Position numbers and translations under genes: made by a program
In this document: positions 11,003 to 20,390 of the stretch, piece by piece
How positions within the stretch are numbered: position 1 is the stretch's first letter
Layout: every line of letters begins with the position of its first letter
Virus record (IMG/VR): IMGVR_UViG_3300045988_149572
Strand: one strand, 5' to 3'
Length of the DNA: 64,000 nt
Source of the DNA: a virus
Notes under the pieces: model-generated
Databases searched by the model: none
Told to the model about the DNA's origin: nothing
Seen by the model: the letters and a program-made list of their open reading frames with translations, nothing else

Positions 11003-13078
11003 TCAGAATTTTGCTAAAGAGTTAATATTGGTCTTTGTTATCAGTCTATCGTTGTGTGCTACAACGCTTGGACGTTCCATCTCGAAGAAGCATATATGCA
11101 ACCCAATGGCACGAGTCATCAACAAGTCATCGTGCTTTCCGATTTCCGCACCGAACGATCCGTTCTGCTTCTGTTCGTAGCATAGATACTCATCAAGGCA
11201 CCGCTCGTCACGCTCTACATACAGAGCCTCCCTGACGACTTTCACAAGCGTGGATATAATCATCGGCTTCGTCTGCACGTTTGTATGGAATCCATACTTC
11301 ACGCTTCTCCCCTCACGGATGTCAATCTCGCTCGGCTTGCGCGCATACAGATTGTTGTAGACATTCTTGATTTGGTTGAGGATGAACACCGACTGGTCGC
11401 CATCAACCATTCTGTCCCTGTCTTTAGTTTCAAGGGTGTTGGACTCTATGACAAGCAGGCTGTCGTTGTATAGTTTGGCTATCTGAGCCGCTTTCCAAGC
11501 AAGAAGGTCGTGGTCTATATGTCCGTACCATTGCGCCACCACGCAAGGTTTTCCGTCCGTCTCCATCATCCAATACCTGTCGAACACCACGACAACGGAG
11601 AAGTCGGCTTTGCTGGAGCGGCCGCCAACGTCCACCACAGTAAGGTATCGGTTTGCGATGCGCTTGTCAGGGAACACTTCCGGCAATTCCCACACACAGA
11701 ATTTTCCTTGCGAGTCAGCCTCAAACTTCACGTGCTGCAAAGCCTCCTTGCCGCTGTCACCGTCACCATACACGTCCCCGACAAGCTGAGGAGGACGACA
11801 GGACGGTTTGAGCAATTCCACCTTGTATTTGTCGAACACCGAGCATCCTGAGTGTTGGAAAGCCTCCACGTCATCGGATGGATATTCGGCAGCCATATCA
11901 CCGTGTTCATCATACTCGGCACGTTTCAGACAATACCAATGGATTCCTTCAAGCGTGGCTCCCTGCTGCCATAGCCACCACAGATACTTTCCGCTGTCGT
12001 GCCGTCTGTCCGAGATATACTCGTTAAGTCTGTTCTTGTAGAGATTCCTTGCAAATTCATCCCTGTCTTTTATCGGCAGCGTGTATCTCTCAATCTTGAA
12101 CCACGGCACGAACAAGGATTTGAATGTAGACTTGTTCTCCTTAGCCGCCCGGTATTCAGACTCGAAGAAATTACCCGTTCCGTTGGCTGTGGACTCATAG
12201 ACAATCATTGTCATAGGCATAAGACCAGCACCGGAGCAGGCGGTACGCACAATCTCCTGCGGTGTCTTGCCCTCGGTCTTCTTCCAAAACGCCACCTCGG
12301 TGCAATGTACAAGCGCGGAGTCTCCGCCACGCGCGGAGTTAGGCTCCACGGCAGTGCCTATCTTCACCTTGCAGTTGCGTTGCGGAATCTTGAAGATGTT
12401 CCCCGATGCGGCTTCCGTCATAAACTTAGGCTCGTTGTCCTTGAAAGACGCACCGACATCGTACATCATCTCCAATGGATATGCCTGAATCAGTTTGTCG
12501 AACATACCTTTCACTTCCACCGAAGCATCCTTCGTGTGACCGACTATAAGGCTGTTCCATCCCGTCTTGTGGACAAGTTGTATCCACGACATATAAATCT
12601 GCGTCACCGTAGAGCCGCCCCATTGGCGAGCCTTCAGCACTATCACACGGATGGGCGCACCGGCAAGGCGCATCTCCTCGAACACCGACACAAGCATACG
12701 TTGCGGAAGATTCAGCGAAAAAGGAATGTCATCGCCACCCTCCTTGTTCTTGATTCTTGCGAACACGAACGCCCAAAAGCAGAAGTCGTGCTTGCACCGT
12801 ATGCGTATAAGTGTTTCCGACAAGGCTTCCTTTCCTATTTCCGGTCTGCCCGACGCTCCGAGGAACTTCGCCAAAGAACCGCACCTAAGCACCGCTTTCA
12901 CGAAAGGCTCCTCAAGCATCGCTTTCGGCACGTACTGCCTCGGTATGTCAAAGTCGGGAATCTCAATCCATTCACGTTCCAATATAGCACCTTCTCCGGT
13001 CAAAGGATTGAACGGAGCGAAAAGGACGGCATTCCTCTTGTCATTCTCCTTCAGCAATCGTTCAATTTCTTCTTCCAT
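11003..13078 (-). CDS. terL: terminase large subunit
   Basis: 691 aa. Walker A-like LKARQWGGST. Later nuclease-type acidic strand VVDVGGRSSKADFSVVVVFD. Neighbourhood of portal and capsid genes. Confidence 0.85.
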   Translation of the reverse strand: MEEEIERLLKENDKRNAVLFAPFNPLTGEGAILEREWIEIPDFDIPRQYVPKAMLEEPFVKAVLRCGSLAKFLGASGRPEIGKEALSETLIRIRCKHDFCFWAFVFARIKNKEGGDDIPFSLNLPQRMLVSVFEEMRLAGAPIRVIVLKARQWGGSTVTQIYMSWIQLVHKTGWNSLIVGHTKDASVEVKGMFDKLIQAYPLEMMYDVGASFKDNEPKFMTEAASGNIFKIPQRNCKVKIGTAVEPNSARGGDSALVHCTEVAFWKKTEGKTPQEIVRTACSGAGLMPMTMIVYESTANGTGNFFESEYRAAKENKSTFKSLFVPWFKIERYTLPIKDRDEFARNLYKNRLNEYISDRRHDSGKYLWWLWQQGATLEGIHWYCLKRAEYDEHGDMAAEYPSDDVEAFQHSGCSVFDKYKVELLKPSCRPPQLVGDVYGDGDSGKEALQHVKFEADSQGKFCVWELPEVFPDKRIANRYLTVVDVGGRSSKADFSVVVVFDRYWMMETDGKPCVVAQWYGHIDHDLLAWKAAQIAKLYNDSLLVIESNTLETKDRDRMVDGDQSVFILNQIKNVYNNLYARKPSEIDIREGRSVKYGFHTNVQTKPMIISTLVKVVREALYVERDERCLDEYLCYEQKQNGSFGAEIGKHDDLLMTRAIGLHICFFEMERPSVVAHNDRLITKTNINSLAKF

Positions 13079-13545
13079 TTAATCGGATTGATAAGCAGTC
13101 CGTACAACAGACCTGCGATGTAACAATATAGATGGATTATGCCGTTCACACTCGGTATGAGCATACCAAGGAGAATGAACGCTGCCATATATGAATGGTA
13201 GTAAACCTTGTGCTCCACCAGATAACTGAAGCGACCGAGCAGAACGAAGCATATTCCGGACAATCCTACAGTAGGCACGTCCCACATTATAGGAGTGAAC
13301 GAAGCGCAGACAAACGCCACAACAATGTCGGACACCGCAATGTTGAAAGTGAACGCCACGGCAAGCAGACACCACACGTTCATAAGACAGTGGATAGCAG
13401 AGACGTGGAAGAAATGATAAAGGAATCTGTTGCGGAAAGCGCATCCGTCGAATATGGCGAAAGCCTCCACATCGTTCACGAGTAGAAGACAAATAACAGC
13501 GGCTGACACCGCAAGCACTATATTGCGAGCTGTCCGTTTCTCCAT
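13051..13545 (-). CDS. rhomboid-family intramembrane serine protease (minimal, 164 aa)
   Basis: FFHVSAIHCLMN (HxxxxHxxxN), GLSGICFVLLG (GxSG, catalytic Ser) and IIHLYCYIAGLLYG (catalytic His plus GxxxG) occur in the canonical order on successive hydrophobic helices. Overlaps the terL start by 28 nt. Confidence 0.7.
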   Translation of the reverse strand: MEKRTARNIVLAVSAAVICLLLVNDVEAFAIFDGCAFRNRFLYHFFHVSAIHCLMNVWCLLAVAFTFNIAVSDIVVAFVCASFTPIMWDVPTVGLSGICFVLLGRFSYLVEHKVYYHSYMAAFILLGMLIPSVNGIIHLYCYIAGLLYGLLINPIKWKKKLNDC

Positions 13546-13940
13546 CTCTTCTTGATTTTATGGAGGATGACCTTTGCACTCTTTATTGTGAGATAGAACT
13601 TAGGCGCACCGCCCTCTATCACACGTATAACGGCATCCTCAAGTTTGATACCTTCGTGAGTCCGCTCAATCTCAGCCACACGCTTCTCTATCTCCTCGAA
13701 CATCTCTCTGCGAGTGCCGCCCATCTGTGCCAAGTCATAGCCCTTGCGTATCTTGTGGATCATCACGACCGCACGTTCTATGGACACCCAGAAATGCGAT
13801 GTCGGAGAATTTATGGTTGCAGTAAGAATGTCAGAAAGGTTGAACTCCCCTTTCTGAAGCGACAACTGTTCACGGAACGCACGCATAAGGTCTCTGTCCC
13901 TGTCGTCCTTGAAACACGCAATGCTACCTTTCTGTCTCAT
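13518..13940 (-). CDS. hypothetical protein; small-terminase candidate by position only
   Basis: 140-aa basic protein, first gene of the 13940->10690 operon. Overlaps the rhomboid gene by 28 nt. Confidence 0.3.
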   Translation of the reverse strand: MRQKGSIACFKDDRDRDLMRAFREQLSLQKGEFNLSDILTATINSPTSHFWVSIERAVVMIHKIRKGYDLAQMGGTRREMFEEIEKRVAEIERTHEGIKLEDAVIRVIEGGAPKFYLTIKSAKVILHKIKKRWRNGQLAI

Positions 13941-13947
13941 ACCCTAT

Positions 13948-13955
13948 CAAAATTA
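13948..13955 (-). promoter_or_regulatory. Bacteroidota -7 box (TAATTTTG)
   Basis: Reverse complement of caaaatta matches TAnnTTTG. Lies a few nt upstream of the ATG at 13940, implying a near-leaderless mRNA. Confidence 0.35.
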
Positions 13956-14002
13956 AAAATTACTCAGTTAATAAAAAAGACTGATAGCCAACACGATAGG
14001 AG

Positions 14003-14010
14003 TAACTTTG
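14003..14010 (+). promoter_or_regulatory. Bacteroidota -7 box (TAACTTTG)
   Basis: Matches TAnnTTTG, 33 nt upstream of the scaffold ATG. Divergent from the box at 13948-13955. Confidence 0.45.
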
Positions 14011-14042
14011 GGTAAGTAAGAATATAAACAAAGCAAATCAAT

Positions 14043-14840
14043 ATGGAAGACCCTAAGAATGAACAGGTTAAAAGCAAGCGAGACTCCTTTCTCGAACGTT
14101 TGAAGGGGAAATACCCCGACAAGCAATTCACTGACGATGAGGAGATTTACGGAGCCATCAACGATGATTACGACAATTACGACAACGAGTTGAAGCGGCT
14201 GAAGGATGACGAAAGCAAAATAATGGAGATGTTTTCGGCAGACCCACGCACGGCAACGTTGTTCCAGACGGCAGCCGCAAAAGGCGATGTCATCACAAAG
14301 TTCGTGTCGTTGTTCGGCCCGGAGATTGCCGATGCCTATGAAGACCCCGAGAAGATGGAGGAAATCTCCAAAGCAGGGCAGGAGTATCTTGACCGCATAG
14401 CGCAGAGCAGAGATCTTGAAGAGCAGTATAACAAGAACATTCAGAAGTCGGTGGAAGACATTGAACAACTGAAGAATGAGAAAGGCTATACTGACGAGCA
14501 GGTTGACGAAGGAATGAAGAAAATCTGCCAAATCGCCTATGATGCCATTGTAGGCAAGTTCTCCAAAGAAGCACTCGACTTCGCCTTTAAGGGATTGTCA
14601 CACGATGAGGATGTAGAGACGGCGGCGCAGGAAGCGGAAGTAAGAGGACGCAACGCCAATATCGAGGAGAAGCTGAGAAAGCGCAGCAAGGGTGACGGAA
14701 TCCCAGCCGCACCAAGCGGACGCGCAGGTTCAGCGCAGACCACACCGAAGCGCAGTCTTGGAGCCCTTGACTCCGCAAGTGAAGCCTCTTCCATTTGGGA
14801 GAGAGGCGGTTTTAAAAGAAACAAGACAAATCAATATTAA
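14043..14840 (+). CDS. scaffolding protein (candidate)
   Basis: 265 aa, strongly acidic/helical (E, K, D rich), immediately upstream of the capsid gene. Confidence 0.55.
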   Translation: MEDPKNEQVKSKRDSFLERLKGKYPDKQFTDDEEIYGAINDDYDNYDNELKRLKDDESKIMEMFSADPRTATLFQTAAAKGDVITKFVSLFGPEIADAYEDPEKMEEISKAGQEYLDRIAQSRDLEEQYNKNIQKSVEDIEQLKNEKGYTDEQVDEGMKKICQIAYDAIVGKFSKEALDFAFKGLSHDEDVETAAQEAEVRGRNANIEEKLRKRSKGDGIPAAPSGRAGSAQTTPKRSLGALDSASEASSIWERGGFKRNKTNQY

Positions 14841-14855
14841 CAAAATTAGAAAACA

Positions 14856-16304
14856 ATGAAGAAAGAATTTTTGAAAAAGAACTTGTGGCGAATGCTTTTG
14901 GGTATTTTGGCAATGGTGTTCGGCGCAACGGACGCCGTCGTAATGGCGGCAGCGGCAGACCTTCCTGACGCAGGAAAGACCAATTCGGGCAACCCCGACA
15001 GCAACGACGGCATCGCGACCGAGACGCAAGGACGTGAGGACGGTGATCCGGAGATGTACACCAAGGACATCGATTCAAAGATCGTCAAAATCCGTCCGAT
15101 GGCTACGCCTATCGACCAAATCAGCCGATACGGCAAGTTCTTGAAGACCGACTCAATGATCGTCAAGTACTATTCTCTCGGCACACGACCCATCAAGACA
15201 ACGTTGTCGGAGAATGTACTCAAGATGGAGAATGGTGCCACATCTATGACAATCAAGGTGTCAGACCCGACAATGTTCACATTGGACGACACCATCCGTG
15301 TTGTCGGTGCGAAGGCGGTTTCTCGCCCGGACGGAACTAAATACAACGATGAAGACCCGTTGGAGAAAGATGACCCAATGCGTCCCGACTTGATTCTGTG
15401 TGTGTGCGGCAGAGACCAGAACAACGGTTATCCAGTAGTGTATGCGGTCAACGGAGACTTGAACGACAAGAAAGAGCCGATTCTCATTCCTGCGCTCAAC
15501 AAGGACGAAGTGACACTCATCCGTATGGGCAAGGCTTGTGCGGAACTTGACGTTCAGACAGGACGTTTCAACAACCTTCCTACAAGCGAGGAACAGTATT
15601 GTCAGAACTTTATGATTCAAGTGGAGCAGTCCACATTTGACAAGATTGCGTCAAAAGAGGTTGATTGGAACTTCTCCGACATCGAGGAGGACGGCATCTA
15701 TGATATGCGCCTTGCACAGGAGAACACATATCTCTTCGGAGCGAAAGCACGTATCAAGCACATCACAAAGGACAATATGGACACTTGGTTCACAGGCGGT
15801 ATTTGGTATATGGCAGGTAAGGACATCGAGGTCGGAGCATACAATGAGACACGCAAATGTGTGGAAATCAGCGATGACAACCTTGTCGAGATTTCAAAGG
15901 ACTTGTTTGTGGGCACGGGCATCGGCAACAAACGCAAGGTCATCCTCTGCGGCTCCGATATGCTTGAGGCTTTCTCTAAAATCAAGTCGGAGAAATTCCG
16001 CTTGAAAGAGAACGTAGAATCTTGGAATCTTAAATTCAAGTCTTGGTCTACCGACTTCGGTGAACTTCTTGTCATCCATCACGAGCTGTTCGATATGAAC
16101 GGAATGAGCGACTGCGGCTTTGCTCTCGATCCCGAGTATCTCACGAAGAAGACCCACATCTCTTGGCAGCGCAACGTGCTTGACTTGAAGAAGGCAGGCA
16201 TCCGCAACACTGACGCAGTAGTGATCCAGGAGGTCGCTTGTCTGTATCTGCGTTATGCCAAGGCACACGCACGAATGAAACTTGCGGCAAAGGCAGGAGC
16301 GTAA
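14856..16304 (+). CDS. major capsid protein (candidate) with N-terminal hydrophobic extension
   Basis: 482 aa, follows the scaffold gene by 15 nt and is followed by a strong terminator. The first ~66 aa contain a TM-like stretch NLWRMLLGILAMVFGATDAVVMAAAA, then an acidic linker. Confidence 0.6.
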   Translation: MKKEFLKKNLWRMLLGILAMVFGATDAVVMAAAADLPDAGKTNSGNPDSNDGIATETQGREDGDPEMYTKDIDSKIVKIRPMATPIDQISRYGKFLKTDSMIVKYYSLGTRPIKTTLSENVLKMENGATSMTIKVSDPTMFTLDDTIRVVGAKAVSRPDGTKYNDEDPLEKDDPMRPDLILCVCGRDQNNGYPVVYAVNGDLNDKKEPILIPALNKDEVTLIRMGKACAELDVQTGRFNNLPTSEEQYCQNFMIQVEQSTFDKIASKEVDWNFSDIEEDGIYDMRLAQENTYLFGAKARIKHITKDNMDTWFTGGIWYMAGKDIEVGAYNETRKCVEISDDNLVEISKDLFVGTGIGNKRKVILCGSDMLEAFSKIKSEKFRLKENVESWNLKFKSWSTDFGELLVIHHELFDMNGMSDCGFALDPEYLTKKTHISWQRNVLDLKKAGIRNTDAVVIQEVACLYLRYAKAHARMKLAAKAGA

Positions 16305-16326
16305 CTGAAACATAGTACTAACAGAT

Positions 16327-16355
16327 AAAGGGGTGTCCAACCGATACCCCTTTTT
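16327..16355 (+). terminator. rho-independent terminator after capsid gene
   Basis: AAAGGGGT ... ACCCC stem followed by TTTTT. Confidence 0.7.
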
Positions 16356-16370
16356 AAAAATCATAACGAT

Positions 16371-16793
16371 ATGCAGAAAACATATAAGTCCAAGTCGTTT
16401 CTCAGCATCTCAGTGGCTGTGGGGAGAATGACTTGCCAAGACACCCAAGACAGCAACAAATCTGTGACAAAGGACGTTTTCAAACACATCACCTTTGAAC
16501 CGGACACCACGGGCTATGCTTACTACAGCACCGCTGACGAGACAGAGCAGAAGGCTATCGAGGCACACCCTTTGTTCAACAAGATGTTTGTTTTGAAGGA
16601 TGCCCCGACATCTACGGTGGCAAAGAAGGCTGCCGCAGTCCCTGTGGAGAAGAAAGAGGTAGAGGTGACGAGTGCGGCTGACGCAAAGCAGTATCTTGTA
16701 GACACGTTCGGCATCAGCAGAACGAAGATACAGTCGACGGCAGACATCAAGAAATACGCAGAACAGAACGGAGTAGTATTTGTAGGTATCTGA
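16371..16793 (+). CDS. hypothetical virion-module protein
   Basis: 140-aa ORF in the structural operon. Confidence 0.5.
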   Translation: MQKTYKSKSFLSISVAVGRMTCQDTQDSNKSVTKDVFKHITFEPDTTGYAYYSTADETEQKAIEAHPLFNKMFVLKDAPTSTVAKKAAAVPVEKKEVEVTSAADAKQYLVDTFGISRTKIQSTADIKKYAEQNGVVFVGI

Positions 16794-16794
16794 T

Positions 16795-17448
16795 ATGCGG
16801 TACGACTTGAAACAGATAGAGAAGGATGTGCGCCTTGTCCTTGACAGGAACAAGGCAGCGGACAGCCTCCTTGACGAGGAGACCACCACACTTACGCTCA
16901 ACGACATCATTGACGGGCGGATAGAACTTGCCGCACGCACCGTGCTGCTCAACGCTCCGCTGCATCTCATCGGAGAGGGGAAGGAATTGCCTGTGGACGT
17001 GAATTGGGAATCACAACCCGGCTATGGTATGGGATTCATTATGCTCCCGTCCGACTATCTGCGTCTTGTCACGTTTCAGATGACAGACTGGGAACGTCCG
17101 GTCACCGAACCGATAACAGAAGAGAACCCATTGTATGCAAGACAACGCAGCCGCTATCCGGGTGTCAGAGGATGTCCGCAGCGGCCTGTCGTTGCCATTG
17201 CTTCTTACCCTTCCGGTATGGCGTTGGAGTTTTTCTCCTGCCGAGGAGGAGAGAAAGTTGCGGTGCGCAGGGCGCGGTATATAGCCATCCCCCAAATAGA
17301 GGAAGGAGAGAACAACGAGAAGACGATAGACCTTCCGCCCAAATGCTATGACGGCATTGTCTTCACCACGGCGGCGATGGCATGCGCTGTACTGAAGGAT
17401 GACTTGGCGGCAGTAATAAGTGAAACGGCAAATCAATTATTGAAATGA
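16795..17448 (+). CDS. hypothetical virion-module protein
   Basis: 217-aa ORF starting 2 nt after the previous stop. Confidence 0.55.
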   Translation: MRYDLKQIEKDVRLVLDRNKAADSLLDEETTTLTLNDIIDGRIELAARTVLLNAPLHLIGEGKELPVDVNWESQPGYGMGFIMLPSDYLRLVTFQMTDWERPVTEPITEENPLYARQRSRYPGVRGCPQRPVVAIASYPSGMALEFFSCRGGEKVAVRRARYIAIPQIEEGENNEKTIDLPPKCYDGIVFTTAAMACAVLKDDLAAVISETANQLLK

Positions 17449-18467
17449 CAACAGACGTACATAATTTAGGAAATTTCGCATCACTGGCAGCCGCTTGGGA
17501 GAGATACCCAAATGGGGCGATGGTCGGAGACTACATATTCATTGCCGGGGTGCGGTATGACTGGGACAAATATGAGAAACAATGGCTGACACCAGTGGCG
17601 GTAACGGATATGAACATATCAGTGTTCGATGTCTCCACCTATGACTTTGAAGCAAATGATTGGCGGCACACCTTGCCTAATGGAGAATACACTGTTGTCT
17701 CCAATACACAAGCGGTCGGCAAGCTGTTGAAGTATGACGACGGCTTCGTGCTTGAAGGTTTTGTCACATTGACGGAAGCGGGGGCGGACAAAGTGTTCTC
17801 TCCTGTCGTTGATGGCGGCAAACCAAAGGCGGACGCAAAAATATTGTCGGGCAACCAATCGTATCACAAGTATGTGTATGTGGATTCCAAAGGGGTGTAC
17901 AATGTAAGCGACGCCACGGAGAGAGGTCAGATAGGCGACATTCAACACCAACTTGACGACTTGCAACAATATGTGGACGACAATTTGAACTCGTTGAACA
18001 AGGCCGTTTCCGCTATAAAGAAGGATGTCGGCACGGCGGAGGACGAGGCGGACAAGGAAGGCAGTCTGCACGCACAGATAAATTATTTGAAGCAGAACGG
18101 AGGAAGTTGTGACTGCGAAGAGATTCTTGAATACGACAAGGCTCTTGTGACAGCACTCACCCCTGACTCCACATCTGAGGAGATAAGTCTCGCTTTCGTC
18201 CCCATAGGAGCGAAAGACAAGACAACACCTGTGCTTCCGAAGGTAAACGACCTGTTGGTGACCAAGGGTAATGTGAAGGAGATGGCTCAGTTTGTCAACG
18301 TCACCGACTATCTCACTCCAAAAGGCACACACCGATACACACTGATTTATCAAGACGGCTCCATTCTTCACACCATACAGATGCTTGGCTTTACGAGTGT
18401 TCATTCCGTGGAGCAGAACGACCTTGCGGATTTTTCAGAAGTTGAATTGGTCCCAACGACCATATAA
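17445..18467 (+). CDS. hypothetical virion protein with coiled-coil segment
   Basis: 340 aa. ATGA overlap with the previous gene. Heptad-like segment IQHQLDDLQQYVDDNLNSLNKAVSAIKKDV. Confidence 0.55.
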   Translation: MTTDVHNLGNFASLAAAWERYPNGAMVGDYIFIAGVRYDWDKYEKQWLTPVAVTDMNISVFDVSTYDFEANDWRHTLPNGEYTVVSNTQAVGKLLKYDDGFVLEGFVTLTEAGADKVFSPVVDGGKPKADAKILSGNQSYHKYVYVDSKGVYNVSDATERGQIGDIQHQLDDLQQYVDDNLNSLNKAVSAIKKDVGTAEDEADKEGSLHAQINYLKQNGGSCDCEEILEYDKALVTALTPDSTSEEISLAFVPIGAKDKTTPVLPKVNDLLVTKGNVKEMAQFVNVTDYLTPKGTHRYTLIYQDGSILHTIQMLGFTSVHSVEQNDLADFSEVELVPTTI

Positions 18468-18487
18468 TCATTAAATTTATTTTTTTT

Positions 18488-19483
18488 ATGGCAGAAAAAA
18501 AACTACAAGTGGACAGCCCGGTGAAAGTAATCACATCGGGCACCAAACCGACCACAGAGAACTTACCGAAAGGGAGCATCGCAATCGGCAGAGTAAACAA
18601 CCGTCTTGCCGCTGTTGCCGCTCTCGGTGATCCAAGCGAAGAGACAGAGGCGGAAATCCAAGACCTTTTGCAGTACGATACTGTGGAAGGAGAGAATGCG
18701 ACAGTCACCGACTTGGGAGGCATCAAGGCTGGAACAAAAGCAAGTGATTTAAAAGGCAAACCCCTAAGTGAAGTACTTGACGCTTTGTTATTCCCAGTTG
18801 TAGAACCAACGTTTGTGGCTCCGACAGCGACATTGACTCTTGATTCTTCGGTAGCGAGAACACAGGAAGTAGGCTCATCGGCTCCAGGCACAGACAAATT
18901 CAAACACTCGCTGAACAAAGGCTCTATCAACATTGCAGGTAAGAAGCAGAACGACCGCTCTGGAGCGGAAACAGGATTCTCTCTCAAATGCAACAACGGC
19001 AACATCCCGACGACCTTTGCAACAGCTGGTAGTTATACTTATGTGGGCACAGTGTCTTATGCGGCTGGGCCACAGCCTAAAGATTCAAAAGGCAACAATA
19101 AAAACACCCCTCTTGCGGCTGGCAGTGTGACTACACCGAGTGTCGTTGTAAATGCAGTATATCCTTACTTTGCGAACACAGCGGCAGCGGCAACAATGAC
19201 TAAGCAGCCTTTGACTACCAACGCTTATATTGAGGTTTCTTGTGTCAGCGAGCAGTCTTCCAACCGACATGCTTTCGCTTTGCCTGCGACATACACAGTG
19301 ACCAAGATTGAGTACTTCGACACAGTGGCGAATAAGTACAATCCAATGGCAGTATCGGACTTCACTGGAGCGGAATACTCGCAGACCGTGCAAGGAAACT
19401 CAGTGCAGTACAAGAAATACTCTCGCAACACGCAAGGTTTGTCTGCTGCAACAAAGTTCAAAATCACATTCACTAAAGCATAG
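18488..19483 (+). CDS. tail fibre / receptor-binding protein candidate 1
   Basis: 331 aa. N-terminal ~35 aa (MAEKKLQVDSPVKVITSGTKPTTENLPKGSIAIG) is homologous to the N-terminus of the 20391 gene product. Confidence 0.5.
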   Translation: MAEKKLQVDSPVKVITSGTKPTTENLPKGSIAIGRVNNRLAAVAALGDPSEETEAEIQDLLQYDTVEGENATVTDLGGIKAGTKASDLKGKPLSEVLDALLFPVVEPTFVAPTATLTLDSSVARTQEVGSSAPGTDKFKHSLNKGSINIAGKKQNDRSGAETGFSLKCNNGNIPTTFATAGSYTYVGTVSYAAGPQPKDSKGNNKNTPLAAGSVTTPSVVVNAVYPYFANTAAAATMTKQPLTTNAYIEVSCVSEQSSNRHAFALPATYTVTKIEYFDTVANKYNPMAVSDFTGAEYSQTVQGNSVQYKKYSRNTQGLSAATKFKITFTKA

Positions 19484-19495
19484 GAGGTATAAATT

Positions 19496-20338
19496 ATGGC
19501 AAGAATAAAAGGACAAGCGAATTATGCCTCTAACTTTGAGGTGTTGAAACAAGCACCGCTTGATTCGAGAACGGTAGTATCGGACGCAGGCGACTTGACG
19601 AAAATTGCAACGTGGCAGGACGTAGACGGCAATGTTTGGCTGTATGATGGTTTGATTGTAGTAGTGCCGAATGCGGACAATGCAAATGCCCCAGAAGTTT
19701 ATGTACTGAAGAACAAAGACAACTTCGGCAGAGTAGATGCGTGGTTGAAACTGGGAGCAGACAATACCACTGCGGTAACCGCCATTCAGGAGGCGTTGAA
19801 GAAGAAAGCCAATCTTGTTGACGGCAAGGTATCGTCAGAAGAACTTCCTATTGTAACTTCGTTGAAGCAAGATGACTATACTACAATTCCGTCAGCAAAA
19901 TTGGTCGATGAAGCTTTGACGGCAGTAGGCAATACTCTTGAAGAGAAGATTAACAATAAGGTTGTAGGTCTGCTCAATTGGCAGGGGGTGAAGTCTACTA
20001 CTTCTGAAATCAAGGCTATCACATCTGCTAAAAAAGGTGATGTATGGCATTCAAACGGAGATGGTTCAGAGTGGGTATGCACGCAAGATATAACTACGGC
20101 CAATGCCGATGCGTGGACAGAGTTGGGAACTCCAGTCAATTTAAGTGGATACTACACCAAAACGGAGGTTGACAAGAAGGTCAAACCGCTTGCCGACAGC
20201 ATAGGCACTGATAGCGATGCCGCTTCTGCTAATGGTTCTCTGTATGCACGTATAGCCAAAAATAAAGCTGATATTGCAACTAAAGCAAACCAAAGCGATA
20301 TTCCGACCGCTGTGCAACTCGTTGTGAAAACTATTTAA
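19496..20338 (+). CDS. tail fibre-like protein
   Basis: 280 aa with Ala/Thr/Asn-rich repetitive helical segments, located between two fibre genes. Confidence 0.45.
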   Translation: MARIKGQANYASNFEVLKQAPLDSRTVVSDAGDLTKIATWQDVDGNVWLYDGLIVVVPNADNANAPEVYVLKNKDNFGRVDAWLKLGADNTTAVTAIQEALKKKANLVDGKVSSEELPIVTSLKQDDYTTIPSAKLVDEALTAVGNTLEEKINNKVVGLLNWQGVKSTTSEIKAITSAKKGDVWHSNGDGSEWVCTQDITTANADAWTELGTPVNLSGYYTKTEVDKKVKPLADSIGTDSDAASANGSLYARIAKNKADIATKANQSDIPTAVQLVVKTI

Positions 20339-20351
20339 ATATTTAACCAAT

Positions 20352-20373
20352 GGGGATGGAGATTCCATCCCCC
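20352..20373 (+). terminator. terminator-like hairpin
   Basis: GGGGATGG AGATT CCATCCCC stem-loop followed by a T-rich tail. Confidence 0.45.
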
Positions 20374-20390
20374 TTCCTATTTAGATAACT

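Noticed and set aside
11999-13123. 374-aa plus-strand ORF across the terminase region.
   Set aside because: It is antisense to terL, which carries the Walker A and nuclease motifs. The product is Arg/His/Leu-rich with no motif.
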